64,000 bases of DNA from Candidatus Saccharimonadota bacterium. Lineage in GTDB: Bacteria > Patescibacteriota > Saccharimonadia > Saccharimonadales > AWTP1-31. The notes under the pieces were generated by a model. The model worked only from the letters and a program-made list of their open reading frames with translations. It searched no databases and had not been told where the DNA came from. Made by a program: the position numbers and the translations under genes. The stretch covers positions 23,009-87,008 of the forward strand of contig JBPOHZ010000006.1 of assembly GCA_052034955.1 (NCBI GenBank), given 5' to 3'. Positions 48,164-58,300 of the stretch are shown here, one piece after another (within the stretch, counting starts at the first letter, position 1; each line of letters starts with the position of its first letter).

Positions 48164-49546
48164 GTGAGGGATAATAGTGAAAGTCTATGGCAGGCAGTAC
48201 TCGGCGAGATCGAGCTGTCTGTTTCTCGTGGTAGCTACGTTACCTGGTTTAAGAACACCTCCCTGCTCAAAAACAAAGATGGGGTCTTGGTGGTTGGTGT
48301 TGGAACGGTCTTTGTTAAGAACCAATTAGAGCGTAAGTTCAACCAGCTTATACTAGATACCCTCAAGAAGAACGGTGTCGAACCGGTTAAAATCGAATAC
48401 AAGATTCATGCCGGGAACAGCAAACTCCATAAGCGCATGGAGGAAGAGCCAGTCATGCAGGTCCAAGAAGCATCTCGGCCAGCACCATCTGGCAATCCTC
48501 AGGCGAGTTCTAGTGTTAGACATGCTTACCGCCAGGGTCTAAACGAGCGCTACACTTTTGATAACTTCATCGTCGGTTCCGGCAACGAGCTGGCCTATGC
48601 CGCCTGTCAGGCTATTGCTAGCGATCCTGGAAAAAAATATAATCCACTTTTTGTGTATGGTGGCGTCGGAATTGGCAAGACTCACCTTATTCAGGCGGTT
48701 GGTAATGCCATTCTAGCCAAGGACCCCAATGCCCATGTGGTTTACATCTCCTCTGAACAATTCGTCCAAGAGTTCCTAGATGCAATTAGATACAAAAAGA
48801 ATACTGACTTTGCTGGCTACTACAGGAGCGCCGATGTATTAATCGTAGATGATATGCAGTTCATTGCTGGCAAAGAGAAAACTCAGGAAGAATTCTTCCA
48901 TACCTTTAACGCCCTGCACCAAGCCAATAAACAAATTATTATCAGTAGCGATAAGCCACCGAAAGACATCCCAACCCTAGAAGAACGTCTAAGGTCTAGA
49001 TTTAACTGGGGTATGAGCATAGATATGCAAATACCAGACTTCGAAACCCGAAGTGCTATTATCCAAACCAAGGCCGCTGGACACGGAGTTGTGTTAACCC
49101 CAGCCGTAGTCGATTATCTTGCCAATCACGTACAAACCAACATCCGTGAACTAGAGGGTGCGCTTAATCAACTTCTGGCTTTCTGTGAGATGAGAGGTCT
49201 AGAACCGGAGCTACAAATTGCTACTAGCCTACTTGGATCTTCCAAGTCTCGTCCAAAGCACCTAAATGCTAAACAAATTGTAGAACGTACCGCCAAACAC
49301 TTTAGTGTCTCCTTAGAAGACATAATGGGACCAAAAAGAGACAAAGACATCGTAGTTCCCCGACAAATAGCAATGTACATGCTCAGGAGCGAGCTGCACC
49401 TTAGCTTTCCTAAGATTGCTCGGGAGCTCGGACGCAAAGATCACACCACAGCTATTCACTCAGTTGAGAAGATAGAAAAAGAATCCAACCTAGATGCTGA
49501 TATTCGTAGTGCAATTGCAGATATTAAGGAGCGACTATATGCCTAA
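48164..49546 (+). CDS. dnaA: Chromosomal replication initiator DnaA
   Basis: GTG start after SD AAGGGAG. LWQAVLGEIE...YVTWF, Walker A GGVGIGKTHL, IVDDMQF, C-terminal HTH KDHTTAIHSV. Confidence 0.95.
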   Translation: MRDNSESLWQAVLGEIELSVSRGSYVTWFKNTSLLKNKDGVLVVGVGTVFVKNQLERKFNQLILDTLKKNGVEPVKIEYKIHAGNSKLHKRMEEEPVMQVQEASRPAPSGNPQASSSVRHAYRQGLNERYTFDNFIVGSGNELAYAACQAIASDPGKKYNPLFVYGGVGIGKTHLIQAVGNAILAKDPNAHVVYISSEQFVQEFLDAIRYKKNTDFAGYYRSADVLIVDDMQFIAGKEKTQEEFFHTFNALHQANKQIIISSDKPPKDIPTLEERLRSRFNWGMSIDMQIPDFETRSAIIQTKAAGHGVVLTPAVVDYLANHVQTNIRELEGALNQLLAFCEMRGLEPELQIATSLLGSSKSRPKHLNAKQIVERTAKHFSVSLEDIMGPKRDKDIVVPRQIAMYMLRSELHLSFPKIARELGRKDHTTAIHSVEKIEKESNLDADIRSAIADIKERLYA

Positions 49547-49822
49547 AAATATGTTGCAGTTATGTGGACAAGCGGTGGACGGCTTGGTTAAGAAAAGTAG
49601 TATAAGTAATGGTTTATACAAGTCGGGTAATTTTTGCACAAATTTTGTACGCAGCATGTGGGTAAGTTTTGGTAGTTATAAGCAACTTATACTACCTACT
49701 TCCGCACAGCTTTTTATTGATTTCCCATCTGTTAATTTAAAGTTGTACCCATTATCCACATGGCTTACTAATAAAGTTACTTTTTCGACCTATAAATAAA
49801 TCACTAATAATAAGGAATCAAT
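49547..49822. other. oriC, dnaA-dnaN part (DnaA boxes)
   Basis: Perfect TTATCCACA 49752-49760. TGTGGACAA 49563-49571 (rc TTGTCCACA). TGTGGGTAA 49657-49665 (rc TTACCCACA). AT-rich flanks. Confidence 0.6.
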
Positions 49823-50914
49823 ATGAAGCTTCAAGTAACACAAGAAAACCTAGCCAAAGCACTAAACAATGTAGCTCGAGTAGCCAATACTCGCGGAACA
49901 TTACCAATACTTGCCAACGTAGTTTTAAAAACAGTAGGAACCCGGCTAACTATTGCCGCAACCAACTTAGATATCGCCATCACTCATTACATTGGATCAA
50001 AAGTAACCGAAGAAGGAAGTATCACTGTCCCCGCCCGACTGATGCAGGATTTTGTCAGCAGTTTGCCAAGTGGTGTTATCGAACTAAGTCTAGACGATTA
50101 CAAGCTTCACATTACAACCGACCAGTACAACTCGGTTATTAATGGTATCGCCGCCGACGAGTTCCCTGTTATGCCCGGTATTACCGAAGGAAAAACATGG
50201 TATATCCCAACTAACGTTCTAAAGAAAGGTCTTCAACAAGTACTAGTGGCTGCTAGTAGTGACGAAGCTCGCCCAGTACTTACTGGAGTATTTTTACACA
50301 CAAGTGGTGGAAAACTATATATGGCCGCAACAGATAGCTACCGCCTGGCCGAAAAAGAACTAATGAAAACTGGCGAAGAAGTATCACTCCTTATACCGGC
50401 CTCTGCCCTGCAGGATCTGTTAAGACTGCTAGGTGATAAAGACGAGGATGTAGAGGTTACTCATGACGACCAACAAGTTTTGTTTAAAGTTGGTGAGGTA
50501 GAACTTGTAACTCGACTTATCGAGGGTAATTACCCGGACTACCGTAAGCTGATCCCAACTAGCTTTAAGTCAGAAGCTAAATTAAAACGATCTGATTTTG
50601 TTAATATTACCAAGGTTTCTAGCTTGTTTGCCCGCGAAAGTGCTGGTAGCGTAACTGTAAATCTTAATCCAACCGATAAACAGGTTAGTATCCGTTCGGT
50701 TGCCTCGCAGCTAGGCGAAAACACGGCTAGTGCCACCGCCGAAATAACTAGTGAGGGCGACATAACCCTTAACTCAAGATATCTTCTTGATGCCCTAGGA
50801 ACATTTAGCGGCGACGAAATTAAAATTTGTTTCAATGGCAAGCTAGAGCCTTGCATCCTAGTTGATGCCAAAGCAACAGATTACACTCATGTAATCATGC
50901 CCTTAAAAAGCTAA
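49823..50914 (+). CDS. dnaN: DNA polymerase III beta sliding clamp
   Basis: SD AAGGA. MKLQVTQENLAKALNNVARVA, ATDSYRLA, RLIEGNYPDY, LNSRYLLD. 363 aa. Confidence 0.95.
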   Translation: MKLQVTQENLAKALNNVARVANTRGTLPILANVVLKTVGTRLTIAATNLDIAITHYIGSKVTEEGSITVPARLMQDFVSSLPSGVIELSLDDYKLHITTDQYNSVINGIAADEFPVMPGITEGKTWYIPTNVLKKGLQQVLVAASSDEARPVLTGVFLHTSGGKLYMAATDSYRLAEKELMKTGEEVSLLIPASALQDLLRLLGDKDEDVEVTHDDQQVLFKVGEVELVTRLIEGNYPDYRKLIPTSFKSEAKLKRSDFVNITKVSSLFARESAGSVTVNLNPTDKQVSIRSVASQLGENTASATAEITSEGDITLNSRYLLDALGTFSGDEIKICFNGKLEPCILVDAKATDYTHVIMPLKS

Positions 50915-51045
50915 GTAAACTAGGACTGGGCATATCTATTCTCTTCACTGTCCTCGCACGGTTTGTGTTTACATATAACACAAACCTACTGTGGATGTGA
51001 CTCAAATAGAATTCACTTACCCTTGTAACGTACAATGTTAAACAG

Positions 51046-52131
51046 ATGATTATTAATGACTTAAAATTGAATGATTTTCGTTCCTACGAGCAGGAAGTTT
51101 TTGAATTTGGGAATGGCGTTAATATTATTGTTGGGCCAAATGCTAGCGGCAAGACAAACTTGCTAGAATCAATACTGGTTTTATGTACTGGGAGTTCTTA
51201 CCGGGCAAAAGACATTGATTTAGTTGCCTTTAATAAGCCATGGTCCAGGATCGAGAGTGAGACTAGCGAGGGCAAAAGAACAGTTACTATCGAGCGAATA
51301 GACACCGAGCCTCCAACAACCAAAAAGAAGTTTAATATTGCCGGCGCCGAGCAGCTACGACTTTCTATGCAAAAAAGCATTCCAGTAGTTGTCTTTGAAC
51401 CAGAACATTTGCGATTACTGCACGGAGGTCCAACCGGAAGGCGCGATTACTTAGATGGTTTACTAGAACAAACGATGCCTGGATATGGAAAGATAAGACG
51501 GGACTACAAAAGAACATTGGCTCAGCGTAACGCTCTCTTAAAGACATCTAACGTTTTGTCGGGTAACGACAACGGCCAGATGTTTGCTTGGAATGTGCGG
51601 CTTAGTCAGTTGGGCGGTAAAATAACTTCTGCCAGATCAGCAATAGTAGATCTTTTAAACAAAGATATACAAGGCCTGTATAGCCAGCTAGCGGTAACTG
51701 ACGCTAAAGTTCGTATTAACTATCAATCGGATGCAGCGGTCGAAAACTACAGCACAGAGGTTTTGACTCTTTTATCTAATAACTTGCAAAAAGATAGTCT
51801 TCGAGGCTTTACCACGAATGGGCCACATAGGCACGATATAGAAATAAGCCTTGGGGGTCATCCGGCTTCGCTGGCGGCTTCACGTGGCGAAACTAGGACA
51901 TTGATGCTTGCTCTTAAAATAATGGAGCTTAAACTAATCGAGAACATCCGGGATAAGAAGCCGTTATTATTGCTCGACGACGTATTTAGTGAGCTAGATG
52001 GATCACGTCGCAAGGCCTTAACTCTATTCCTAGAGTCATATCAGACATTCATAACCACCACCGACGCCGACATTGTAGTACAACATTTTATGGACAACTG
52101 TACTATTCTGCCAATCCAGAAGAATAGTTAA
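51046..52131 (+). CDS. recF: DNA replication and repair protein RecF
   Basis: LKLNDFRSYE, Walker A GPNASGKTNLLE, LLLDDVFSELD. 361 aa. Confidence 0.92.
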   Translation: MIINDLKLNDFRSYEQEVFEFGNGVNIIVGPNASGKTNLLESILVLCTGSSYRAKDIDLVAFNKPWSRIESETSEGKRTVTIERIDTEPPTTKKKFNIAGAEQLRLSMQKSIPVVVFEPEHLRLLHGGPTGRRDYLDGLLEQTMPGYGKIRRDYKRTLAQRNALLKTSNVLSGNDNGQMFAWNVRLSQLGGKITSARSAIVDLLNKDIQGLYSQLAVTDAKVRINYQSDAAVENYSTEVLTLLSNNLQKDSLRGFTTNGPHRHDIEISLGGHPASLAASRGETRTLMLALKIMELKLIENIRDKKPLLLLDDVFSELDGSRRKALTLFLESYQTFITTTDADIVVQHFMDNCTILPIQKNS

Positions 52132-52769
52132 CGATTATTTATATCGCGAAGAACATCGACCGGTATCTTAGGATAGTGGTTTTTGTAGAAGACTAATCTA
52201 GAGGGAGTGGCAGCTGTCCACTTGCCGTTTTCTTTGTGTGCCACAACCCGAAGAACATCATACTTAGTTGAGTCACCAGGAACTAATTTGGCAGCATACC
52301 AGTCGCCCTGAAGGTAAAGTTTTTCGTCGGAAAGTATGTATCCATCTCCTGAGGAAGTTATTGCCTGCAGAGATTCGGCAATTGCGACTCTATCTTTTTG
52401 TAAGAGTTGATCTAGTCTAGCCTTGGTGAACTTAAGAGGCGGAGTTGTTATCTCGGTATCTTTTTGAATATTTACACTACTGTTTTGTGATTCGTATCCA
52501 TCCCCACTAAAGATTATTGTGTATACTCCGGGATTGAGGCGGATAGTAGACTGGGCGGTAGTCTTAGAGATTGTTTCTTCTAGCTTCATGCCGCCTTCCT
52601 CATCTTGCTGACCAATCTCTATCGTAGTGCCATTAGTTGGGGTAAGGGTGACGCTCTTCTTTACAGAAAGATTTTGGTAGACAAAGAAAAAGATGACCAT
52701 CAAGAATATTGCTACGACCAATGCTCCAATTAGGCGATTTCGCTTGGTATTTGATTGGTTAGGATACAT
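52128..52769 (-). CDS. Membrane-anchored protein, last gene of the T4SS-like operon
   Basis: 213 aa. Anchor LIGALVVAIFLMVIFFFVY. The beta-rich ectodomain has a PEGA-like stretch (RLNPGVYTIIFSGDGYESQNSSVNI). The start overlaps the previous stop. Confidence 0.55.
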   Translation of the reverse strand: MYPNQSNTKRNRLIGALVVAIFLMVIFFFVYQNLSVKKSVTLTPTNGTTIEIGQQDEEGGMKLEETISKTTAQSTIRLNPGVYTIIFSGDGYESQNSSVNIQKDTEITTPPLKFTKARLDQLLQKDRVAIAESLQAITSSGDGYILSDEKLYLQGDWYAAKLVPGDSTKYDVLRVVAHKENGKWTAATPSRLVFYKNHYPKIPVDVLRDINNR

Positions 52770-53170
52770 TACTGAACTCCTTTTGGTGCATCTACAAATA
52801 TAACTTCGTAATCTGTCACATCGTAACTGTTATCACCAAACCATTCCAGCGCAGCTTGGCGTCCCTCGGCATCTGTAGCTCTAATGTATATGGCCACAGC
52901 ACCATCCCTGGTCGGATATTTAACTGATGCTCCGGAGTCGATTCGGTAGTTAATGTCTATGGCTGGAAGGTTAACGACTGCAGGAGCATTTTTTTCTATA
53001 TCCTCGGCTGCATTTACGGCGTTTTGACCGCCGGCAATTTCCTGCTGTTGCTCAGTGACGGTGAGGGTGTCGGACAAATCATTAGAGGTTGCTGCGGAGT
53101 ATATTAAAGTAATCGCCACAAAAACTATTCCAGCCGCAACTATTAGTCTAAATCTTGTATTTCCGTTCAT
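52769..53170 (-). CDS. Small membrane-anchored protein of the T4SS-like operon
   Basis: 133 aa. Anchor LIVAAGIVFVAITLIYSAA. No family recognised. 4 nt downstream of the hydrolase gene. Confidence 0.5.
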   Translation of the reverse strand: MNGNTRFRLIVAAGIVFVAITLIYSAATSNDLSDTLTVTEQQQEIAGGQNAVNAAEDIEKNAPAVVNLPAIDINYRIDSGASVKYPTRDGAVAIYIRATDAEGRQAALEWFGDNSYDVTDYEVIFVDAPKGVQ

Positions 53171-53174
53171 TCTC

Positions 53175-55316
53175 TTACTTTAGCCTTGCTACGGTGTATG
53201 ACCTACCGTCGTTAGTATAGTGAGTTCCGCTTTTTTGAGGTACGTGTCCGCCCAAAGAGGCGCTAACAGCATCTCCACCGCCTAGTGATTCCTGAGGCCC
53301 AACGTAGAAGTAGGTGTGGCCACTGGCGTGCTTGGGTTGGGGACCGGCTACAAAGATATCTCCTGGCTTAAGCTGTGCGGTACTGGTGACATTCGGAATA
53401 ATGTCATACTTTTCGGGATGGTCTTTAACATATTTCTCTTGGACTCCAGTAGACCCTGGAGGATAATCCGGGTCCTTACCACTAGCTCTCATGACGGTCG
53501 ACACAAACCTCCCACAGTCCGAGTACTCCCCTCCGGGGTTGCAAGCCTCTTTGGCTGCCTGGTATTCGGGTTTAGCATCATCCTTATTCTTGCCATGGCC
53601 CTTGTCTGGCCAGGCATAAAGAAGTGCCGTCTGGACTATATCACCACCGACAGCCTTAGCGGCACCATCCGGTGTAATACAGGCACCAACTGGCCCGCCG
53701 ATAGTGGAGTTACCACACTCGGACGTTGCTCCACTGGCGCCACCAGCCGTGGGGACAGCGGCCATGATACCGTCGGCTATTCCCTTGGCGTAGATATCCG
53801 AATTGAAGCCAATTCCGCCCGCTTCGTTGTAGACCCATGGAGTATTGGAAAATAGCATTACATTCGGGATGTTCCCCCACGCTGGTAAGCCACGGTCTTT
53901 ACCGAAACTGCCCTCGAGCGCAACAACTCTTTGAGGATCACCGGCTGCGGTTCGGGCGGCAGCAATCTTTCCAGCATATTCCTGACTCTTGGTGGCCACC
54001 TCTTGGTTGGTAAAGGTCTTTCTTTTGGCGTCACTGATGTTCTCGCGGAATTGACCAACAGTCTGGGGGGTAACTCCGTAATTAGCAGAGGCTTGTCCAA
54101 ATGTTCCAGCACCGTCGTAGTGCATACTGACAGCAATTGCCGGCTTGGCAGCGTCGGCCCGCAAAACTCTTGTTAGGTGGCCAATACTCTCGTCTACAGT
54201 GTTCTTGGTAAGAACAACGTTATATCCCTTGCCCTCTAAAGTGGTTTTAATCTTTTGGGTGGCGTCCCACATATCCTGCATCTCGTTTGCGGCTCCACCG
54301 CTCTCTTGGGTAATAACGCCACTGCCCGGATCTACTTGAACTAAGTTACCAACACTATGACCAGGGTCTAGGACCACTGTTACCTTACCGGTTGAGGCGG
54401 CATCGTCTGTTGATAGGGCCGTGCACTTGCAGCTACCAGTAACGGCACCGCTAGTTGAACCATCGGATTTAAAGGCGGCTATCTCGGCTTGCTTACTAAT
54501 CCCCTCGGCAATATAAGCTTTGTTGTTGGTATAGGTTATCTTTTGGCCGGTAGCCATTTGGTAATAGACGTAAGTTAGCCCTACTACATAATCGTCGATG
54601 ATTCCGTCTTTTCGGCTTCCCCATGCTACTCCGGTTCCCTTACTCCAGATACGGCCGGACTCTTTATGTTTTGCTACTCCTGGAGTTCGGTAGGTTTTAA
54701 CACCAGCATTATAATTTTTACCAAGCGTAGCTATCGAGTCTATATTATTGCCCTTGCTAAAGTCCTGCTCGATAGATCCTAGTACTCTGCTGCCAATCTT
54801 TCCACCGTAACTGGCAACAATCCCAGCAGCTTTGGCGGTTGATTTGTCATAGTCATAGACATCGCTAGAGTAGTTTCCTTCCCCCCAAGTTGTCTTGATT
54901 ATCTGCCACGGCCCACGACCAATAGTGTCTGACTCACCGTTAACGACGTCGGCTCTACCGGAAGCATTCCACGGTAAGAATCCACGATGCTCCCAATAAG
55001 TTAATGAGGCCATAGCCAGTGGGTCTACACCCTGTTCTTGTGCCTTGGCGGCAATCAATGCTGCCCACTCGGGGGCCATTCCAGCCTTAGTCATCTTATC
55101 TATATCGCTACCGGCAGCTATAGGGGTTGAGCCAGCAGAAGAAACACTGGTGCACTCGGCTGTATCGACGTCAAAGTACTTAATGCCCTGTAGGTAGTAT
55201 TGTTTTTGCTTGGCACTAATGGCCGCAAATACAGTCTGGTTAGACCCGGCAACGAATACCAGCAATAAAAATGCCGCCAAAAAATGTTTAGTGTATTTTA
55301 GTCTAAAGTTTTTCAT
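53175..55316 (-). CDS. Secreted three-module peptidoglycan hydrolase (SLT/lysozyme-like + Amidase_3-like + NlpC/P60- or CHAP-like)
   Basis: The track start is 55331; ATG 55316 gives an ATGA overlap with the upstream stop. TYWEHRGF...GRGPWQI; VVLDPGHS...IAVSMHYDG; DCGRFVSTVM...HASGHTYFYVG. Confidence 0.75.
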   Translation of the reverse strand: MKNFRLKYTKHFLAAFLLLVFVAGSNQTVFAAISAKQKQYYLQGIKYFDVDTAECTSVSSAGSTPIAAGSDIDKMTKAGMAPEWAALIAAKAQEQGVDPLAMASLTYWEHRGFLPWNASGRADVVNGESDTIGRGPWQIIKTTWGEGNYSSDVYDYDKSTAKAAGIVASYGGKIGSRVLGSIEQDFSKGNNIDSIATLGKNYNAGVKTYRTPGVAKHKESGRIWSKGTGVAWGSRKDGIIDDYVVGLTYVYYQMATGQKITYTNNKAYIAEGISKQAEIAAFKSDGSTSGAVTGSCKCTALSTDDAASTGKVTVVLDPGHSVGNLVQVDPGSGVITQESGGAANEMQDMWDATQKIKTTLEGKGYNVVLTKNTVDESIGHLTRVLRADAAKPAIAVSMHYDGAGTFGQASANYGVTPQTVGQFRENISDAKRKTFTNQEVATKSQEYAGKIAAARTAAGDPQRVVALEGSFGKDRGLPAWGNIPNVMLFSNTPWVYNEAGGIGFNSDIYAKGIADGIMAAVPTAGGASGATSECGNSTIGGPVGACITPDGAAKAVGGDIVQTALLYAWPDKGHGKNKDDAKPEYQAAKEACNPGGEYSDCGRFVSTVMRASGKDPDYPPGSTGVQEKYVKDHPEKYDIIPNVTSTAQLKPGDIFVAGPQPKHASGHTYFYVGPQESLGGGDAVSASLGGHVPQKSGTHYTNDGRSYTVARLK

Positions 55317-58300
55317 TCGCCCGTCCCACATCTACTATCGGTTGGTCCTGAATCCCAGTGCCATGCCTCTAGTGAATATTGTTTTATTCCAAATTTAGGT
55401 GCGTTATCGTCCATCCATTTCCAACCTTTATTATTCGGTAATCTTGCTCTGCTAGCACAGGTTGAACCACCAGTACCGGACATATTTGCCATATCTACAG
55501 CATAACCTGTCTGGTGCATGGACTTTCCTGGAGCCGCACATAGCTTGCCGTTACCGGTTCCACCACAAGAGTCAGCTAGACGGAACGAACTACCTGCCGA
55601 TAGACTGACACCATCTGCCTTGGCCTTTCTAGCCAATGCAACCCAAGCACCGGATACAGTAGAGTTGACCACGATTCCACCGCTAATCTTCTTACCAGTG
55701 GTGTCTTGCCCGCCTCCGGGCAGATCAGGTATCTGACAGAGCTTAATCTCTAGAGCTCCTTCTTCTTTCTTGAGAGCCCCAGTGTAACGGGATTTTACAT
55801 TTCCAAGGTCATTGCTTCCTTGGGCACAGGCAGTATCTTTGGAATTGTATCCTAACTTAGCGGGGTCTACGACGTCGGCAGGAACTGACTCGGCAGCCTG
55901 CGGTGCGCTTACTGTAGCGGTGGCGCCAGAGGTAGACATGGCAAGATTATCGCAGGACTTATCGTCGACCCCTTCGATACAGGCAGCCGATTCCAGAAGT
56001 TGAGTATCGAAGATTAACATCCTAACTTTCAGCCAGTTCTTGTCGGTAGTTGCACCCCGCACCTCACCAGTTACCGGCTTGGTAGAGGCATATTTTTGGT
56101 TGGCGACGTTCAGACTTGCAGTACCAGAATTGGCGCCACATTCCTCGTTATCTATAATCTTTGCATACATAACGGTAGAGGCTTTACTACTCACATTACC
56201 ATCTTTATCGATGGAGATATTAAAACACTCCTTTGCCCTGTCGATATAGTCTTGGCCCCTGCTCGAGCTAAGAATTGTCCGTACTTCCTCGGCATTCTTG
56301 TAGGGGTTGTCCAGACTAGGGTCGTTAACTTGTGAGTAAGAATAGCCAATCTCTGGGAATCCGTAATCGTACGAATCCTTTGCTTCGTCGGCGAACAGGC
56401 TTGTCGACATTATTCCCGAGAAAGTGCTCCCCACCATGGTAAATGGCCTGGTTAGGGATGTAGATAATGTCTGAACCATGCCCAGGCTCGAACCGGGGGT
56501 TGCCATGGCAACCTGCCCAACTAGTGAGCTTGAGTCGGTCGTATCAAAAAGCCTCTGGGCTAAGGACTTCTTGCTGAACTCCTCGTGCTGAATTGCTAGC
56601 TTCTCTTGCCTGTTTTCCATAGCAACCTCAGGCGAAAGTTCGGCACCCCCAGCGGCGGCCATGGACTCGTTGGCTGCGAATCTAGCTCCATAGTTTGAGG
56701 CACCGGCAAAGGCAGATGCCCGCAGCAGACCTAAGTTAACTTGATCACCTGCAATCCAGTTCGATAGCCCCTGAATTGCAGGACCGGCAAATAGTTCACT
56801 TGCTACCAGTCCTACGACGGCACTGACCGGGCCGGTACCAATATCTATCGCCATGGTTGCAATTGTTCCAAAAGGACTACCAAGCACGCCACAAGCACCA
56901 CTTAATCCAGGAACGCCATTTAGGAACTTTGATACAGGATTCCTGGATGGGTCGTACTGAATAGAGTCAGGAATATCGCGGCCGGTTAGTTTGGCAAAAC
57001 CCCTCTCGAATTGGAGGCTTTTATCGTTGGCCCAGTTCTTAGTGGCGTCGGCAGTTTCGTTGGCTAGCTGTTTAGAGTGGTACTTTAGCTGATTTAAGTT
57101 AACGTCTTCGCCAGCTTGTATCTGGTATCGCAGGGATATCATCTCCATGCCTAGACGCATTAAGGGCAGAACTAAGTTATTCTGCCTGATGTTATCTATG
57201 TCATTAGATATGGCTTGAGCGAGGCATACAACGCCGGCAACAGCAGTAACTGCGCCAGCCTTTCTAAGAGCGGCATTATTTCCAATGCCAGAAAGTTTGC
57301 TTTCTACACCCGTGCTCGCATCTGGAGCGTCGGGGTTTATGTTACCAACGTCATCAGCCGTCGATGCAGCTGAGTCAAGGTCTGGATCGGTGGCGTCTGT
57401 GGTATTGCCGTCTGCATCGGTGGTTGTTTCTTTTTTGGATGCAAAAGTAGCCTTTCCTTTCTTGACCCCATCCTTAAATTTTTTTCCGATTTTCTTTTGC
57501 CACTCTCCAAATCTTAATTTTTCATCAACTTTACGCAGGATGGCTTCGTCGGCTTTTTTTATGGGGTGTAGCATGCCGGGTGATCCACCACGTTTTGTCA
57601 GTAGTCTTGCTCTGCCCGGTCCTGACAGACGGTGATAACCGGTGGCCTTTAATACACTTCTATAAACCTTATTTATTTCTCTTGGGCTTAGATCCTCGAC
57701 ACTAGTGCTGAATTTTATTAAGTCGCCCTCAACTACTCCATCCATTCCGTAGTTTGTCTTGAAGTGCTCAAGTATTTGATCTGGGCTTTTACCTTTTAAC
57801 TCGGCTAATCGGTTGGTAGGATCTACTTTGTCGACATCAAAGACAATTGCTTTATTTTGAGCTAGTCGGTCACTAAGCTCGATATCAAAGCCAGACTGTT
57901 TCATCCGGGCATCAACCGGTTTAGTCATTAGGTTTTGTAAGCTGCTTAGTCGAAGCTTCTCTGGACTTTTAATTGCATAACGGACGTTGCGCATTAGCTT
58001 GTACATTCTGATGGCACTCATGTCTTCTTGGGTCCAGAAGTGTCCTTTTTCTAGAGTGTCACCTAAGAAAATAAACTTTGCTGGTCCAGCACTCATACCT
58101 ATCACTCCAAAAACAGTCGATGCTACAGCCAATGTAAGAGTACTGGCAACAAACTTTTTACGCTTGTTATCTACTAGAGCGACAAGCCCCCTTGGACCTC
58201 TTTTGCCGGTATTCTTATTCTCTTTATAAAAACTATCAGCGTCGTTCCAGTTCTCCCCATTTCGGCGACGATCTTCGGCTTCGCGAAGCGCCTCGGATAA

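Noticed and set aside
49494-49799. 101-aa ORF between dnaA and dnaN
   Set aside because: It overlaps the dnaA 3' end and fills the intergenic region that carries DnaA boxes, including a perfect TTATCCACA. It has no SD and an odd composition. The region is better explained as oriC.
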